Below are positions 18,036 to 26,697 of a stretch of DNA of 64,000 bases, one piece after another. Position numbers and translations under genes: made by a program. The notes below the pieces were generated by a model. It had not been told where the DNA came from. It saw only the letters and a list, made by a program, of their open reading frames with translations, and ran no database searches. The DNA lies in contig DRHQ01000083.1 in the NCBI GenBank assembly GCA_011049545.1, positions 29,766-93,765 on the forward strand, read 5' to 3'. This stretch comes from Candidatus Aminicenantes bacterium (GTDB taxonomy: Bacteria > Acidobacteriota > Aminicenantia > Aminicenantales > Aminicenantaceae). The number at the start of each line of letters is the position of its first letter. Position 1 is the first letter of the stretch.

Positions 18036-19757
18036 ATGAAAAAAATTATCGTTCTTCCGCCTGAAATATCCCTGAAAATTGCTGCGGGTGAAGTCATCGA
18101 GAGACCTTTTTCAGTTGTCAAGGAATTGGTGGAGAACTCTTTGGATGCCAGTGCTTCGGAGATAAAAGTCGAGCTTCTTTCCGGAGGAAAGAAACTGGTA
18201 AGAGTTACGGACAATGGCCATGGAATGAGACGAGAAGATGCCAATCTGTGTTTTGAAAGGCATTCAACCAGCAAGATTCGAAGTGTCGAAGACCTCAGCC
18301 TGATTGCAACCCTGGGTTTTAGAGGAGAGGCTCTGCCCAGTATCTCTGCTGTCTCCAGGGTTGTTTTAAAGACATCCGATGGCAAAGAGGAGAAAGGTAC
18401 TCTGATTGAAAAAGAAGGAGAGAAGATAATCCAAACTTCAGACGTCGCTTTTCCGCTGGGAACATCCGTTGAAGTCAGAGACCTATTCTTTAATTTACCT
18501 GCGAGGGAAAAATTTCTCCGCTCAGATAGATCTGAACTTAACCTGATTGTGAAATTCATGACTTTTGCTTCCATAGCTTACCCGGAAGTGAGGTTTTCTT
18601 TAATCCACGGTAAAAGGCAGGTCTTTGATTATCCACCTGTAAGCAGTCTCAAGGAAAGGATTTTTCAGGTTTTCGGGAAATCCATGTTAGAACGACTCCT
18701 GGAGATTGATTACAAGGAGGATGATAAGCAGCTTTATGGATATGCTTCTCTTCCGCCAGCAGGGCATCGAGATAGAACCCTCCAGCTCTTTTATGTGAAC
18801 AAAAGACCGGTAAGAGATCGAACTCTCCTGGCTGCCCTGAATCAAGCTTACAGAGGCTTTTTAGAAAAAGATAGATATGCCGAAGCTTTCCTTTTTCTCT
18901 CCTATCCCTATACTGAGGTCGACATAAATGTCCATCCAGCCAAAGCAGAAGTCAGGTTTAAAGATTCCCGCCCTGTTTTTCAGCTTGTATACCGGAGTAT
19001 CGAGCAGGCCATTCTCAGGGAGAAAGGAGTAAAAAAGATCTATCCTACTAAGGAAGAAGAAATGGGTTCCAGGATGGAGGAAAAAAGAAGCTTCGGCATA
19101 GGAGAGGAAAGAGATGGGCCTGCTGTTATGAGGATCGGGGAACGGAAGCGAGAATGGAAAGATTTGTTCACTCCCCTTGCCAAGCAGGAAGAGACATCCC
19201 CGCACCTCCTGGGGCAGTATCTGGATATATATATAGTTGCCTGTTCTGAAGAGGGCATACTTATCGTCGATCAGCACAATGCCCATGAGAGGATTCTTTT
19301 TGAAAAATATGAAGAAATAGATAAAGAAAAGAAATGGCCTCAAAAATTGGCTCTTCTTCCTATTCTTTTCGAGCTCTCTCCATCCCAGCTTTTGAGTTTT
19401 GAAAATAATCAAGCCATGCTGGAGGAGGCAGGATTCAGGGTGGAGGCCATGGGAGGGCAGAGCTTTGCCTTAAAAGAGTACCCTGATATATTTAAAGAGG
19501 AGGAAGCAAAGGATATATTTATCTCTCTTCTTGAAGAAAAGAAGGGAGAGCAAATCGAGGATAAAAAAAAGAGACTGTTAGCCACACTGGCCTGTAAGAC
19601 TGCTATAAAAGCAGGGCAGATTTTATCTTACGAAAAGATGAATTACCTGGTGGAAGAGCTTTTCAAAACATCAAATTCATCCCTCTGCCCTCATGGAAGG
19701 CCCATTATCGTCAAGATAGATAAGAAGGAAATAGAGCGGGGTTTAAAAAGGAGCTGA
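18036..19757 (+). CDS. mutL: DNA mismatch repair protein MutL
   Basis: 573-aa ORF. N-terminal GHKL ATPase motifs (…AAGEVIERPFSVVKELVENSLDA…) and a C-terminal dimerisation domain. Confidence 0.9.
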   Translation: MKKIIVLPPEISLKIAAGEVIERPFSVVKELVENSLDASASEIKVELLSGGKKLVRVTDNGHGMRREDANLCFERHSTSKIRSVEDLSLIATLGFRGEALPSISAVSRVVLKTSDGKEEKGTLIEKEGEKIIQTSDVAFPLGTSVEVRDLFFNLPAREKFLRSDRSELNLIVKFMTFASIAYPEVRFSLIHGKRQVFDYPPVSSLKERIFQVFGKSMLERLLEIDYKEDDKQLYGYASLPPAGHRDRTLQLFYVNKRPVRDRTLLAALNQAYRGFLEKDRYAEAFLFLSYPYTEVDINVHPAKAEVRFKDSRPVFQLVYRSIEQAILREKGVKKIYPTKEEEMGSRMEEKRSFGIGEERDGPAVMRIGERKREWKDLFTPLAKQEETSPHLLGQYLDIYIVACSEEGILIVDQHNAHERILFEKYEEIDKEKKWPQKLALLPILFELSPSQLLSFENNQAMLEEAGFRVEAMGGQSFALKEYPDIFKEEEAKDIFISLLEEKKGEQIEDKKKRLLATLACKTAIKAGQILSYEKMNYLVEELFKTSNSSLCPHGRPIIVKIDKKEIERGLKRS

Positions 19758-19759
19758 AA

Positions 19760-19788
19760 TTGACAACTTTTCCCTGTTTTGCTAAGAT
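19760..19788 (+). promoter_or_regulatory. Candidate sigma70 promoter for the tRNA-Pro/tRNA-Arg pair
   Basis: TTGACA(19760-19765)-N17-TAAGAT(19783-19788), about 80 bp upstream of tRNA-Pro. Confidence 0.4.
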
Positions 19789-19867
19789 TAACGGGGCCAA
19801 AAGCCAGGGCAAGAACGGGGACTGTTCCCTTTATCTCGCTTGGAATACACGCTCGTCTTACAAGTTT

Positions 19868-19942
19868 CGGGGAGTAGCGTAGCCTGGTTAGCGCGCCTGC
19901 TTTGGGAGCAGGAGGTCGTCGGTTCGAATCCGATCTCCCCGA
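19868..19942 (+). tRNA. tRNA-Pro (anticodon TGG)
   Basis: Manual fold: acceptor cggggag/ctccccg, D arm, anticodon stem cctgc/gcagg with loop ttTGGga, T arm gtcgg-ttcgaat-ccgat, discriminator A. No encoded CCA. Confidence 0.85.
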
Positions 19943-20011
19943 TTAAAACTTAAGACGGATAAAGGAACAATCGGATATAGAAGCCGATTGAGATAGAAAA
20001 ATATCAAGGAT

Positions 20012-20089
20012 GCGCCTGTAGCTCAGTCAGGATAGAGCAGCTGCCTTCTAAGCAGCGGGTCGGAGGTTCGAGTCCTTCCAGGCGTGCCA
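20012..20089 (+). tRNA. tRNA-Arg (anticodon TCT)
   Basis: Acceptor gcgcctg/caggcgt (G1·U72), anticodon stem gctgc/gcagc with loop ctTCTaa, T arm ggagg-ttcgagt-ccttc, encoded CCA. Confidence 0.8.
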
Positions 20090-20235
20090 CCCTTCCTCCT
20101 TATTTACCAATAGCTTTCCTTGGATTTTGATTTCATAGAGCCTATACTATTTTTAGTTTTTTTGACACAAAAATGTCAAAGGAGTGACAAATTCGACATC
20201 CCACTGTTACACGGGCTGATGTCTGGTTTTTTCTC

Positions 20236-20300
20236 ATTGACTTGAAACTTTTTCTTATGATATAAGTCAAAGAGTCACAGCTTAGGGACATCGTGAGCAA
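20236..20300 (+). promoter_or_regulatory. Repeated promoter + conserved leader module, copy 1 (TTGACt-N17-TGATATAAG-TCAAAGAGTCACAGCTTAGGGA)
   Basis: One of three near-identical modules (with 21192-21247 and 30104-30200), each ~120-150 bp after a tRNA or tRNA fragment and before an ORF. A possible 22-codon GTG-initiated leader ORF lies at 20293-20361. Confidence 0.45.
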
Positions 20301-20381
20301 CGCAAGAGGGAAGAACTTTTGCCTACATCATAAAGGCAGAATTCTATCTCCATATCTATAAACCAAAAAAGGAGGTATTTT

Positions 20382-20912
20382 ATGAAGAACAGAATTATCG
20401 TAGGAACAATTCTTTTTGCTTTTCTTCTTTCTGGAACTGTTTTTGCTCAAGAGAAAAAACAGAAAGTTGAAGCACCTCAATTAACAGTAGAGCAGAAATG
20501 GAAACGTGCTATGTCTAATCTGAATGCGATATTCATTGCAAGTATTGCCTATGCCAAATCTCAGGGAAAATCGCCATCACACTATGGTAAGTATATGGGA
20601 GAATTATTTGCGACAAGCTGGGAAGGAGTTAAAGGCGTAACAGATTTCATAGAGGCAATGCATTGGAATTGGCAAATGTGGGAAGATTTCCAGATTGAAG
20701 TCTTGGAAGAGTCTGAGAACTTTTATAAAGCGAAGATTAAAGGGATAGGCGAAAAATACATCACAGAAGGGTCGGAAGCAGGAGTCACATTAAACGAATA
20801 TTATGATTGCTGGGAACAACTTATGATGCCGATAACGAATTATTTAGGTCTGGAATACAAACAAAAAATAGAAGGAGATTGGATAGTATTTACAGTTAAA
20901 GAAAAGAAATAG
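20382..20912 (+). CDS. Hypothetical secreted protein (signal peptide)
   Basis: 176-aa ORF with a good RBS (AAAGGAGG). N-terminal signal MKNRIIVGTILFAFLLSGTVFAQ. No recognisable domain. Confidence 0.5.
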   Translation: MKNRIIVGTILFAFLLSGTVFAQEKKQKVEAPQLTVEQKWKRAMSNLNAIFIASIAYAKSQGKSPSHYGKYMGELFATSWEGVKGVTDFIEAMHWNWQMWEDFQIEVLEESENFYKAKIKGIGEKYITEGSEAGVTLNEYYDCWEQLMMPITNYLGLEYKQKIEGDWIVFTVKEKK

Positions 20913-21022
20913 ACACTCATAGCATACAAATCCAAGCCTTCCTGAGGTTGAGGATGCCAGGAAGAGGCTGGTTCCGTCCAGATCTTCTTATAAGCCCAAA
21001 GAAAAATAGGCTACGAAGGCCG

Positions 21023-21084
21023 AGCGGGTGGCTGTTAACCACTAGGTTGTAGGTTCGAGTCCTACCCGAGGAGCCATCTTTTTA
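21023..21084 (+). repeat. 3' fragment of a tRNA-Asn(GTT)-like gene (anticodon arm + T arm + acceptor 3' + CCA), direct repeat copy 1
   Basis: ggtgg-ctGTTaa-ccact…gtagg-ttcgagt-cctac-ccgagga-g-cca. No matching 5' acceptor or D arm upstream. ~95% identical to 29921-29982. Confidence 0.75.
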
Positions 21085-21191
21085 TGGGGTAAAAAGCTCT
21101 CGACTATTTAAGCAACCTTATCCGTAGTTAGGCAAGTTTAGGCATTTATTGACACACCACTGACACACAGGAATAGGTGTGTTTTTCTTGT

Positions 21192-21247
21192 TTGAATCTA
21201 ATTTTCCATTGTGAAATAAGTCAAAGAGTCACGGCTAGGGGAGCATA
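21192..21247 (+). promoter_or_regulatory. Repeated promoter + leader module, copy 2
   Basis: ttgaat-N16-gtgaaataag-tcaaagagtcacggctagggga, then the ATG of the 21248 ORF. Confidence 0.45.
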
Positions 21248-21691
21248 ATGAACCCAGCAAAGGAAGGAATCATGTTTGCCGCCCTTTACACTAAAAAGTG
21301 TATAAAGGAACAGGCACAAGATGAGCTTCAATATTTTCGTATGTATCCCACTGAAAGAGATGAAAGTGGGCGCACCATGTTGCTACCATTTGCATTCAAA
21401 GAGAGAGACTATTTCAATTGTCCAGAAAGAATGAAAGACGATGAGGTAAAAGTCGTAAAGGAGTATTCACCCCATCATGTATACACTTCTGACCCAAGAG
21501 AGTCATATCTAATTGACGAATGTAAATGGATTCCAACAGCAGACCAACTTAGGAAAGGTCTAGAAAGGATAGGTTATTCTATTGGAGATACTTCATATAT
21601 GAATGAAGAGCAAATACTTGATTTAATAATGAGAGAACGAAAAAAGATGAGGTGGAGTAGAGAAAAAGAAAACTGGGTAAAGGTTTTGTAG
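21248..21691 (+). CDS. Hypothetical protein
   Basis: 147-aa ORF with RBS AGGGGA. No recognisable domain. Confidence 0.5.
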   Translation: MNPAKEGIMFAALYTKKCIKEQAQDELQYFRMYPTERDESGRTMLLPFAFKERDYFNCPERMKDDEVKVVKEYSPHHVYTSDPRESYLIDECKWIPTADQLRKGLERIGYSIGDTSYMNEEQILDLIMRERKKMRWSREKENWVKVL

Positions 21692-21839
21692 AAGAGACTA
21701 TAATATACACCTACAATCGTAAACCCGTCGCTCCAGCGCACAATCTCACGACAAAACGACCTTCCTTGACTTCACGGATACCTGAGCATAAAATCATTTC
21801 GAGATTGTCAGTAATCAAAAGACTTAATGAGAAGGGGAG

Positions 21840-22280
21840 GTGAAAAAAATGGAACAACCCCTTTTAATATTACTTGGAGCATTATTAGCAATAGGAGGAG
21901 GTTTTATTAGCCAACACAACCAAAGCCGTCTTGATCAAAGGAGACAAGATAGAGAGTTTTTCCATCAGGCAGAAGAGATTTTAATTGAGATGCAGCCTTA
22001 TTTGGAAGAGGTCATGACTCCTCCTAGTAAAGAATTACATGAGTTAAGTAAAAAACTTCTTTATGCTGCTATGAGAATCAAAACAAAAGGCTATCTTGAC
22101 TTAGCATTAAAATTAGTTGAATTTGCTAGAATGGATGCCAAAAAGACTAAGGATGAAGCAATTAGTCTCATCCAGGAGGTTGCTGCGACAAGTAAAAGTG
22201 CGCTCGATATGCATCACAGAAAACGAAATGAAATTGTCAAAAAAGCCTGGGAAGAGCTAAAAAAGATTGGAAGGGGATAG
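21840..22280 (+). CDS. Hypothetical protein with N-terminal transmembrane helix
   Basis: 146-aa ORF with RBS GGGGAGG. TM segment LLILLGALLAIGGGFI, then a helical/charged region. Confidence 0.5.
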   Translation: MKKMEQPLLILLGALLAIGGGFISQHNQSRLDQRRQDREFFHQAEEILIEMQPYLEEVMTPPSKELHELSKKLLYAAMRIKTKGYLDLALKLVEFARMDAKKTKDEAISLIQEVAATSKSALDMHHRKRNEIVKKAWEELKKIGRG

Positions 22281-22474
22281 CGAAGAGAAGCATTGATTAA
22301 TACACTCCTAAAATTTAATAAATCTTTTGATCTCGATTTTTACTCCCTGCCTTTCAATACTCCCAATCTCGACTGGCGATCTGTGTCGCACGATGGGTAT
22401 TATGTAAACTTGCTACCTTGTAAAATGACCTTGAGAGCGGGAGAATAGATTATTGAGGGAAAAGGAGGGGGACA

Positions 22475-22620
22475 TGAAAAAACTTTGCATGATTATTCCT
22501 CTGATCCTGGTTCTATGTTTTATCGTCAGCTGTCAAAATCAGGAAGCAATGGCAGAGCTTGAAGAGATGAAGGCCCAGGCAGAGGTTGAGGAGCAGAATA
22601 AGGAAGTAATCGAAATTTAG
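22475..22620 (+). CDS. Possible small lipoprotein (48 aa), not in the ORF track
   Basis: ATG after AAGGAGGGGGA. MKKLCMIIPLILVLCFIVSCQNQ… has signal and lipobox features. Short and unverified. Confidence 0.3.
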
Positions 22621-22626
22621 TAAGAA

Positions 22627-24114
22627 ATGAGCGATATATATAGAAAGTTAGACAAAGTTTTCTTAGAACTAACTCAAGCCCTTTCTATCTATAGTAAATC
22701 AAAATTCTTGCAAGATTATTTTATAACTTCCTACATTTCATTTATATATGCAAATATTATTAAAAATTTTTTTATTAATTTGACAAGAGAGACTATAAAA
22801 AAATTAAATTTACCTAAAAGCCAAATAGGTGAAATCAAAAAAAAATATAAAGAAATACAGAAAGAAATAAATTTAGCAATATCTATTTCATTGAAGGGTA
22901 AAAAAATAGATGAAAAATATTACAGTAAATTTAAATCTAATATTAAAAAAGATTTCCCTGAATTTATAAAAATATTATCTACAGTTGAAAAAGAGATTAA
23001 AATTGCGAGGCTAAAGAAATTTATTAACAAAAAGAAAATAGAGATAAAAAGGGTAGGTCAAGATGAAGCAGATCTTCATAAAGATTTATTAACAAAAGCA
23101 TTAGAAGCGTATATTCAGGAAAAAAAAGAAATTCCGAGTATGATAAAAGTAAAAAACCTTATTAATACTATTGGAAGAGAAATCTTACCAAAATTTTCAG
23201 AAGCTTTAACGGCAGATCTTATTAAGGATAGACACGCGTTTTTATCAGATCAAAGAAAACTCCAAAAGGGATTTGAGACTCGATTATATGAAAGGTGGAA
23301 GGATCCTTTAGACCTCTTTGAATGCTTAATTCAAATTTCTTTAGAATCTGGAGAAAAACGTAAAAAAAAGTTAAATAATAAGAAAAATAATAAAAATAAT
23401 TCTAAATATGACGCGCTAATTAAACTTCATGCCAGAGCCTTACATATTTCTAACGAAATAGCTATTTTGCTGAAATCGGGTTATGCAGATGGTGCAAACG
23501 CCAGATGGAGGAGCCTCCATGAATTAGCTGTTATTTCTTTTTTCCTATGTGAAAATAATAATGATGCTTCAAAAAGATATTTAGAGCATAGCGTTATAAG
23601 AGCACTAAAAGAGGCAAAGGATTATAGAACCTATTATAAAAAATTGGGATATCCTCCTATAAAAAGAAAAGAGCTTCTGATGTTAGAAAAGGAAGCAGAG
23701 AGGCTATGCAAAAAGTATAGTGATAGATTTCAAGATGATTATGGTTGGATTCCCAGCTCCATATTAAAAGAAAGAAATTTTAAAGCTCTAGCACAATCTG
23801 TTAAGCTTGATAAATTACGTCCATACTATAACCTTGCTTGCGATTCTTCCCATGGAGGTTCAAAGGGGTTTTATAGACTTGGTTTAATGGATGATTCTCA
23901 AGACAAAATATTTCTTGTTGGTTCAAGTAATTATGGACTTGCTAGTCCTCTCCAAAATTCTGCTATTTCTTTATTACACGTTTCCTCTTGCTTATTAACT
24001 TTGGAGCCTGACTTTGAAAGCATTATACAAATATATGTGATGGGTAATTTTATGAACGAAATTTGTGATAAAGCAGTTGAAGTTCAAAGTAAGATTGAAA
24101 AGGAAACAGATTAA
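22627..24114 (+). CDS. Large Lys/Ile-rich hypothetical protein with a C-terminal HEPN-like R-x4-H motif (Abi-like candidate)
   Basis: 495-aa ORF in very AT-rich DNA. The C-terminal region has …GANARWRSLHELAV… (R-x4-H) inside a predicted helical domain. No other recognisable motif. Confidence 0.55.
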   Translation: MSDIYRKLDKVFLELTQALSIYSKSKFLQDYFITSYISFIYANIIKNFFINLTRETIKKLNLPKSQIGEIKKKYKEIQKEINLAISISLKGKKIDEKYYSKFKSNIKKDFPEFIKILSTVEKEIKIARLKKFINKKKIEIKRVGQDEADLHKDLLTKALEAYIQEKKEIPSMIKVKNLINTIGREILPKFSEALTADLIKDRHAFLSDQRKLQKGFETRLYERWKDPLDLFECLIQISLESGEKRKKKLNNKKNNKNNSKYDALIKLHARALHISNEIAILLKSGYADGANARWRSLHELAVISFFLCENNNDASKRYLEHSVIRALKEAKDYRTYYKKLGYPPIKRKELLMLEKEAERLCKKYSDRFQDDYGWIPSSILKERNFKALAQSVKLDKLRPYYNLACDSSHGGSKGFYRLGLMDDSQDKIFLVGSSNYGLASPLQNSAISLLHVSSCLLTLEPDFESIIQIYVMGNFMNEICDKAVEVQSKIEKETD

Positions 24115-24192
24115 TAGTAATTCTGCTTCTTTAATAATCATTATGTTAACTCGCTCCGTATGAAATGACCTTTATATATTTTAGGAGTAGAC

Positions 24193-24645
24193 ATGAGCAC
24201 AACTCAATTAATATTTCCTTGGTACCATAGGATAAGACATGTAGATTTAAAGAAAATAAAACACCCTACATCTTTGTTGGATTTTCAAGAATTATCATAT
24301 ACAGAAAGATATGATTCTCGATATTTTAAATATCTTAACTTGTCAAATAAGAAATTGTCTACAAACTGGCTAGACTCGTGGGAATCAATATTTGTAGTCG
24401 GTCCATTTATAGAAAGAAAACAGAAATATAATAAAATTCCGTTCATTGTCTTTATAACAGAGGGAAGCATTTATAGCCAATTGGTGGTTTTAAGCAGAAG
24501 ACTTGAGCTGCCTTATTATGAGTTCGGGATAATGCCAGATTTATATATATATCCTTCTAAGCTTCACAAATATTTCACTATGAAAAAGGATAAGCTTTGG
24601 CTTAGAACTGAAGCCGTTTCTATTAGACTTAAGAAAGGAGGATGA
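24193..24645 (+). CDS. Hypothetical protein, translationally coupled upstream partner of the HEPN-like ORF
   Basis: 150-aa ORF whose stop is 1 nt before the next ATG. No canonical nucleotidyltransferase G[SG]…D.D motif found. Confidence 0.5.
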   Translation: MSTTQLIFPWYHRIRHVDLKKIKHPTSLLDFQELSYTERYDSRYFKYLNLSNKKLSTNWLDSWESIFVVGPFIERKQKYNKIPFIVFITEGSIYSQLVVLSRRLELPYYEFGIMPDLYIYPSKLHKYFTMKKDKLWLRTEAVSIRLKKGG

Positions 24646-24646
24646 A

Positions 24647-25042
24647 ATGCCCAATCCAAACCAGTACAAAAAAATATCAGATAGATATCTAAATGCTTCG
24701 GATTTATTGGTTGATGATGTTCATGAGGCAGCAGGATTTTCTTTATATCATGCCTTTGAATCCATGGGAGCTGCATGGATAAGAACGAATGCTAGAGTTG
24801 TGCCTCATAGACATGAAAGCAAAATTAATATGTTCGTATCTTTAACGAGAGAAACTGGGCACAGAACTGGTATTGGGCTGGTAGGTATTTTATTAAACTC
24901 ATTGAGAAATAAGATGCTTTATCCAATTCCTGAAATTCCGTCAGGTTTTTCGATACCTCACATTAAATTCTCAGTCTCAGAAATAAAAAATTTGAGCCGA
25001 AGGGTAAAAGGTATTTTAAATATAATAAGACCTCTAATCTAA
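24647..25042 (+). CDS. HEPN-domain-like small protein
   Basis: 131-aa ORF. ASDLLVDDVHEAAGFSLYHAFESMGAAWIRTNARVVPHRHESKINMF follows the helical HEPN pattern (…A.DL…A..y.a.E…KA…p..H…L.). Confidence 0.45.
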   Translation: MPNPNQYKKISDRYLNASDLLVDDVHEAAGFSLYHAFESMGAAWIRTNARVVPHRHESKINMFVSLTRETGHRTGIGLVGILLNSLRNKMLYPIPEIPSGFSIPHIKFSVSEIKNLSRRVKGILNIIRPLI

Positions 25043-25059
25043 TTACTCAAGAATATTGT

Positions 25060-25560
25060 ATGGATAAAGATAGATTTCTTCGTGTTTTCAAGGAATCATT
25101 GGAAGTAATAACAGAAAAACGCTTCTTCTCATCTGAGCTAGGTTATCAAGGACAACTTGTATCTGAGCTAAATAAAAGATTAATAATGGAGTTGGTTTTT
25201 TCAAACAGGGCAGTCGTTGAGCAAGAATACCAAAAAAGATTGAAGGACCATGGTATCAGAATAAGGCCGGACATAATTATTCATGTCCCATACTCAGAAG
25301 GAATTCATTCCTCAAGGAAAGAAGATAATTACGTGGTTATCCAGCTAAAAAAGAACTCATCAAAAAAAGATGCTTTAGATGATTTAAAAAAAATTGACTT
25401 ATTATTTCAGAATTTAGATTATCCACTTGGTGTTTTTCTGAATATAGGTTCTGAGAAAAATTTTTATAGTTATTATTTAGGAGAATATAGAGATCGAATT
25501 CATTGTTTTGCAGTTCTATTGTCAGCAGAAGACAAGGTAATCATACACAAATCACCATAA
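25060..25560 (+). CDS. Hypothetical protein, possible PD-(D/E)xK nuclease-like fold
   Basis: 166-aa ORF 17 bp after the HEPN-like gene. Contains …E…RPDIIIH…VVIQLKK…, a weak E/PD/QxK arrangement. Confidence 0.45.
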   Translation: MDKDRFLRVFKESLEVITEKRFFSSELGYQGQLVSELNKRLIMELVFSNRAVVEQEYQKRLKDHGIRIRPDIIIHVPYSEGIHSSRKEDNYVVIQLKKNSSKKDALDDLKKIDLLFQNLDYPLGVFLNIGSEKNFYSYYLGEYRDRIHCFAVLLSAEDKVIIHKSP

Positions 25561-25647
25561 AACTTATTTGTCTAAGAGCTAATACCTCTAATGCTTTGCT
25601 ACCTTCTAAGATAAAGAGCCTAAAATAAAGATGGAAGTTTAGACAAG

Positions 25648-25700
25648 TGGAAGTCAAAAACCCTAAAGCCCTAGCTTCCCCGATTTCTGAAAAAGACAGT
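25648..25700 (+). repeat. Island hairpin motif family P5, copy A (GGAAG[CT]CAAA-N-CCTAAAGCC-YTRGCTTCCC-N-GAT[TT]GAAAAAG)
   Basis: Imperfect inverted repeat GGAAGCCAA/TTGGCTTCC followed by GATTGAAAAAG. Four copies, each 60-130 bp upstream of an ORF (25780, 28174, 31890, 32334). Confidence 0.7.
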
Positions 25701-25779
25701 AGAGCGAATTTAAAGCTAATTTCTCTTTCCCGGGAAGATTGTGCCGCACAATCGATATTATGTAAACTTATAAAAACCT

Positions 25780-26688
25780 ATGTCGAATCATAAAAAACAA
25801 CATTCTGTTCCCAAATGTTATCTCAGGGAATTTATTGACCCAGAAACTCCAGGTGGATATGAGCCTTTTATTTGGATTTTTGATAAAAACGGCAAGAACA
25901 AAAGAAAGAAGGCACCTAAAAATGTATTAACAAGTAACAATCTATACACTATTGAAGTCGAAGGGAAGGCTAGGGATTATTCTATTGAAAAAAGCCTCTC
26001 TTCTATTGAGAACGATTTTGCAATTTTGTTCAGACAGAAAATCAAAAATCTATTGCCATTATCAGAGGAGGAGCACATATCTTTGTGCATTTTTATAGCC
26101 ACTATGCTCCAGAGAACTGTTAGCCAGAAAGCTAATCTAGAACATTTCCTTGATGAGCTAATTTCACATGGCGAAAAATTAGCAGCACATCATGGAATTA
26201 AGTCGAGGACTGTTGAGAGCCTAAAAAACTACAAAAGAGATGCTCATAAACTCAATATTTTGAAGATGTTTCCAGAAGTGACTCAAATTTTATTAAATAT
26301 GAGCTTGGCATTCGTAATAGTGGGGAGAAGCAAATCTCGGTTTATTACCTCCGATGACCCATGCACCCTTTTTAATCCAAAATTAAGAGAGCAACGCCTT
26401 ATGGGTCCAGGATTGGGTCAGAAGGAAGTTGAATTGACTATTCCATTATCTCCTGAGATTGCACTCTGTTTGAGCTGGAGTAATTTTCGGGGATTTATTG
26501 AAATTGGAAAACGACAGATTGAAGAATTAAATAGAACAACGCGAGCCCATTGCTATGAACTCTTTATTTCCTCTAGTTCCCATAAAAAATTTAGATGGTT
26601 TTTAAAATACCCTTTGAGCCTAATTTTTGTCATGAAAGTTATCAGACAGAAGTTTAATTATAGAATTCATAGAAATTTTCACTCATGA
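25780..26688 (+). CDS. DUF4238-like protein
   Basis: 302-aa ORF whose N-terminus (HSVPKCYLREF) fits, to my recollection, the family signature H-x-V/I-P-x-x-YL-R/K-x-F. Preceded by a repeated tattatgtaaactt -10-like element. Confidence 0.55.
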   Translation: MSNHKKQHSVPKCYLREFIDPETPGGYEPFIWIFDKNGKNKRKKAPKNVLTSNNLYTIEVEGKARDYSIEKSLSSIENDFAILFRQKIKNLLPLSEEEHISLCIFIATMLQRTVSQKANLEHFLDELISHGEKLAAHHGIKSRTVESLKNYKRDAHKLNILKMFPEVTQILLNMSLAFVIVGRSKSRFITSDDPCTLFNPKLREQRLMGPGLGQKEVELTIPLSPEIALCLSWSNFRGFIEIGKRQIEELNRTTRAHCYELFISSSSHKKFRWFLKYPLSLIFVMKVIRQKFNYRIHRNFHS

Positions 26689-26697
26689 ATTCAAGTT

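Noticed and set aside
18032-18574. 180-aa minus-strand ORF overlapping the mutL 5' region
   Set aside because: Antisense to mutL. A frame-retention artefact.
19790-19867. Extra tRNA between the promoter and tRNA-Pro
   Set aside because: No cloverleaf can be drawn. The region is likely 5' leader.
24193-24645. Calling the 150-aa protein a minimal nucleotidyltransferase antitoxin (MNT) partner of the HEPN-like gene
   Set aside because: I could not find the G[SG]-x9-13-D-x-[DE] NTase signature. It is left as an unknown coupled partner.
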